A stretch of 61,967 nucleotides of DNA, the filler included, from Dimargaris cristalligena (taxonomy: Eukaryota): assembly GCA_003614675.1 (NCBI GenBank). It is 15 parts of 15 records of this genome, joined end to end, with 100 filler letters (N's around TTAATTAATTAA, not from the genome) between each part and the next. Parts side by side here need not be neighbours in the genome. Positions count along the whole stretch, not along the records: positions 57,984 to 61,967 come from ML003847.1; 14 more parts are not named here. The stretch is one strand, 5' to 3'. Positions 61,916 through 61,967 of this stretch are shown here, piece by piece; the first letter of the stretch is position 1; each line of letters begins with the position of its first letter. The notes beneath the pieces are model-generated. The model saw nothing but the letters and a program-made list of their open reading frames with translations. It did no database searches and had not been told where the DNA came from. A program made the position numbers and the translations under genes.

Positions 61916-61967
61916 TCATTCACTCGTCAGGGGCATACTTCCGATAAGTGCGAAAAATAGATAAAAA
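61913..61967. mobile_element. Family E repeat abutting the FPGS exon
   Basis: ggctcattcactcgtcaggggcatacttccgataagtgcgaaaaat matches the reverse complement of about 49560-49612. Confidence 0.75.

Overview
This window is not one locus. It is 15 unrelated eukaryotic contigs of about 4.0-4.1 kb, sorted by decreasing length and joined by identical artificial 100-bp spacers (N44-TTAATTAATTAA-N44), so adjacency across spacers is meaningless. GT-AG introns, the gene content and a eukaryotic tRNA-His indicate a fungus, plausibly an early-diverging (Zoopagomycota-like) one; the taxonomy is inference. Recognisable host genes: 3-hydroxybutyryl-CoA dehydrogenase, kinesin-3 (Unc104/KIF1), ARPC4, an MFS transporter, an AlkB-family dioxygenase, SAP30BP/HCNGP, a fasciclin GPI protein, an FPGS 3' part, and Tfc6-like and Mlp1/Tpr-like 3' ends. 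The rest is rich in decayed transposons: a Ty1/Copia body, Ty3/Gypsy integrase and dUTPase relics, at least six LTR families (several solo LTRs with clear target-site duplications), a 142-bp MITE and other repeats. Three observations stand out. (1) Contig 1 carries a pair of small, intronless, stand-alone PD-(D/E)xK restriction-endonuclease-like paralogs, about 40% identical by hand alignment; one is intact and one has a premature stop plus an LTR insertion. (2) A Gypsy-type element carries a dUTPase. (3) Repeats show C->T/G->A hypermutation at CpG and also at CpA/TpG, which looks RIP-like.
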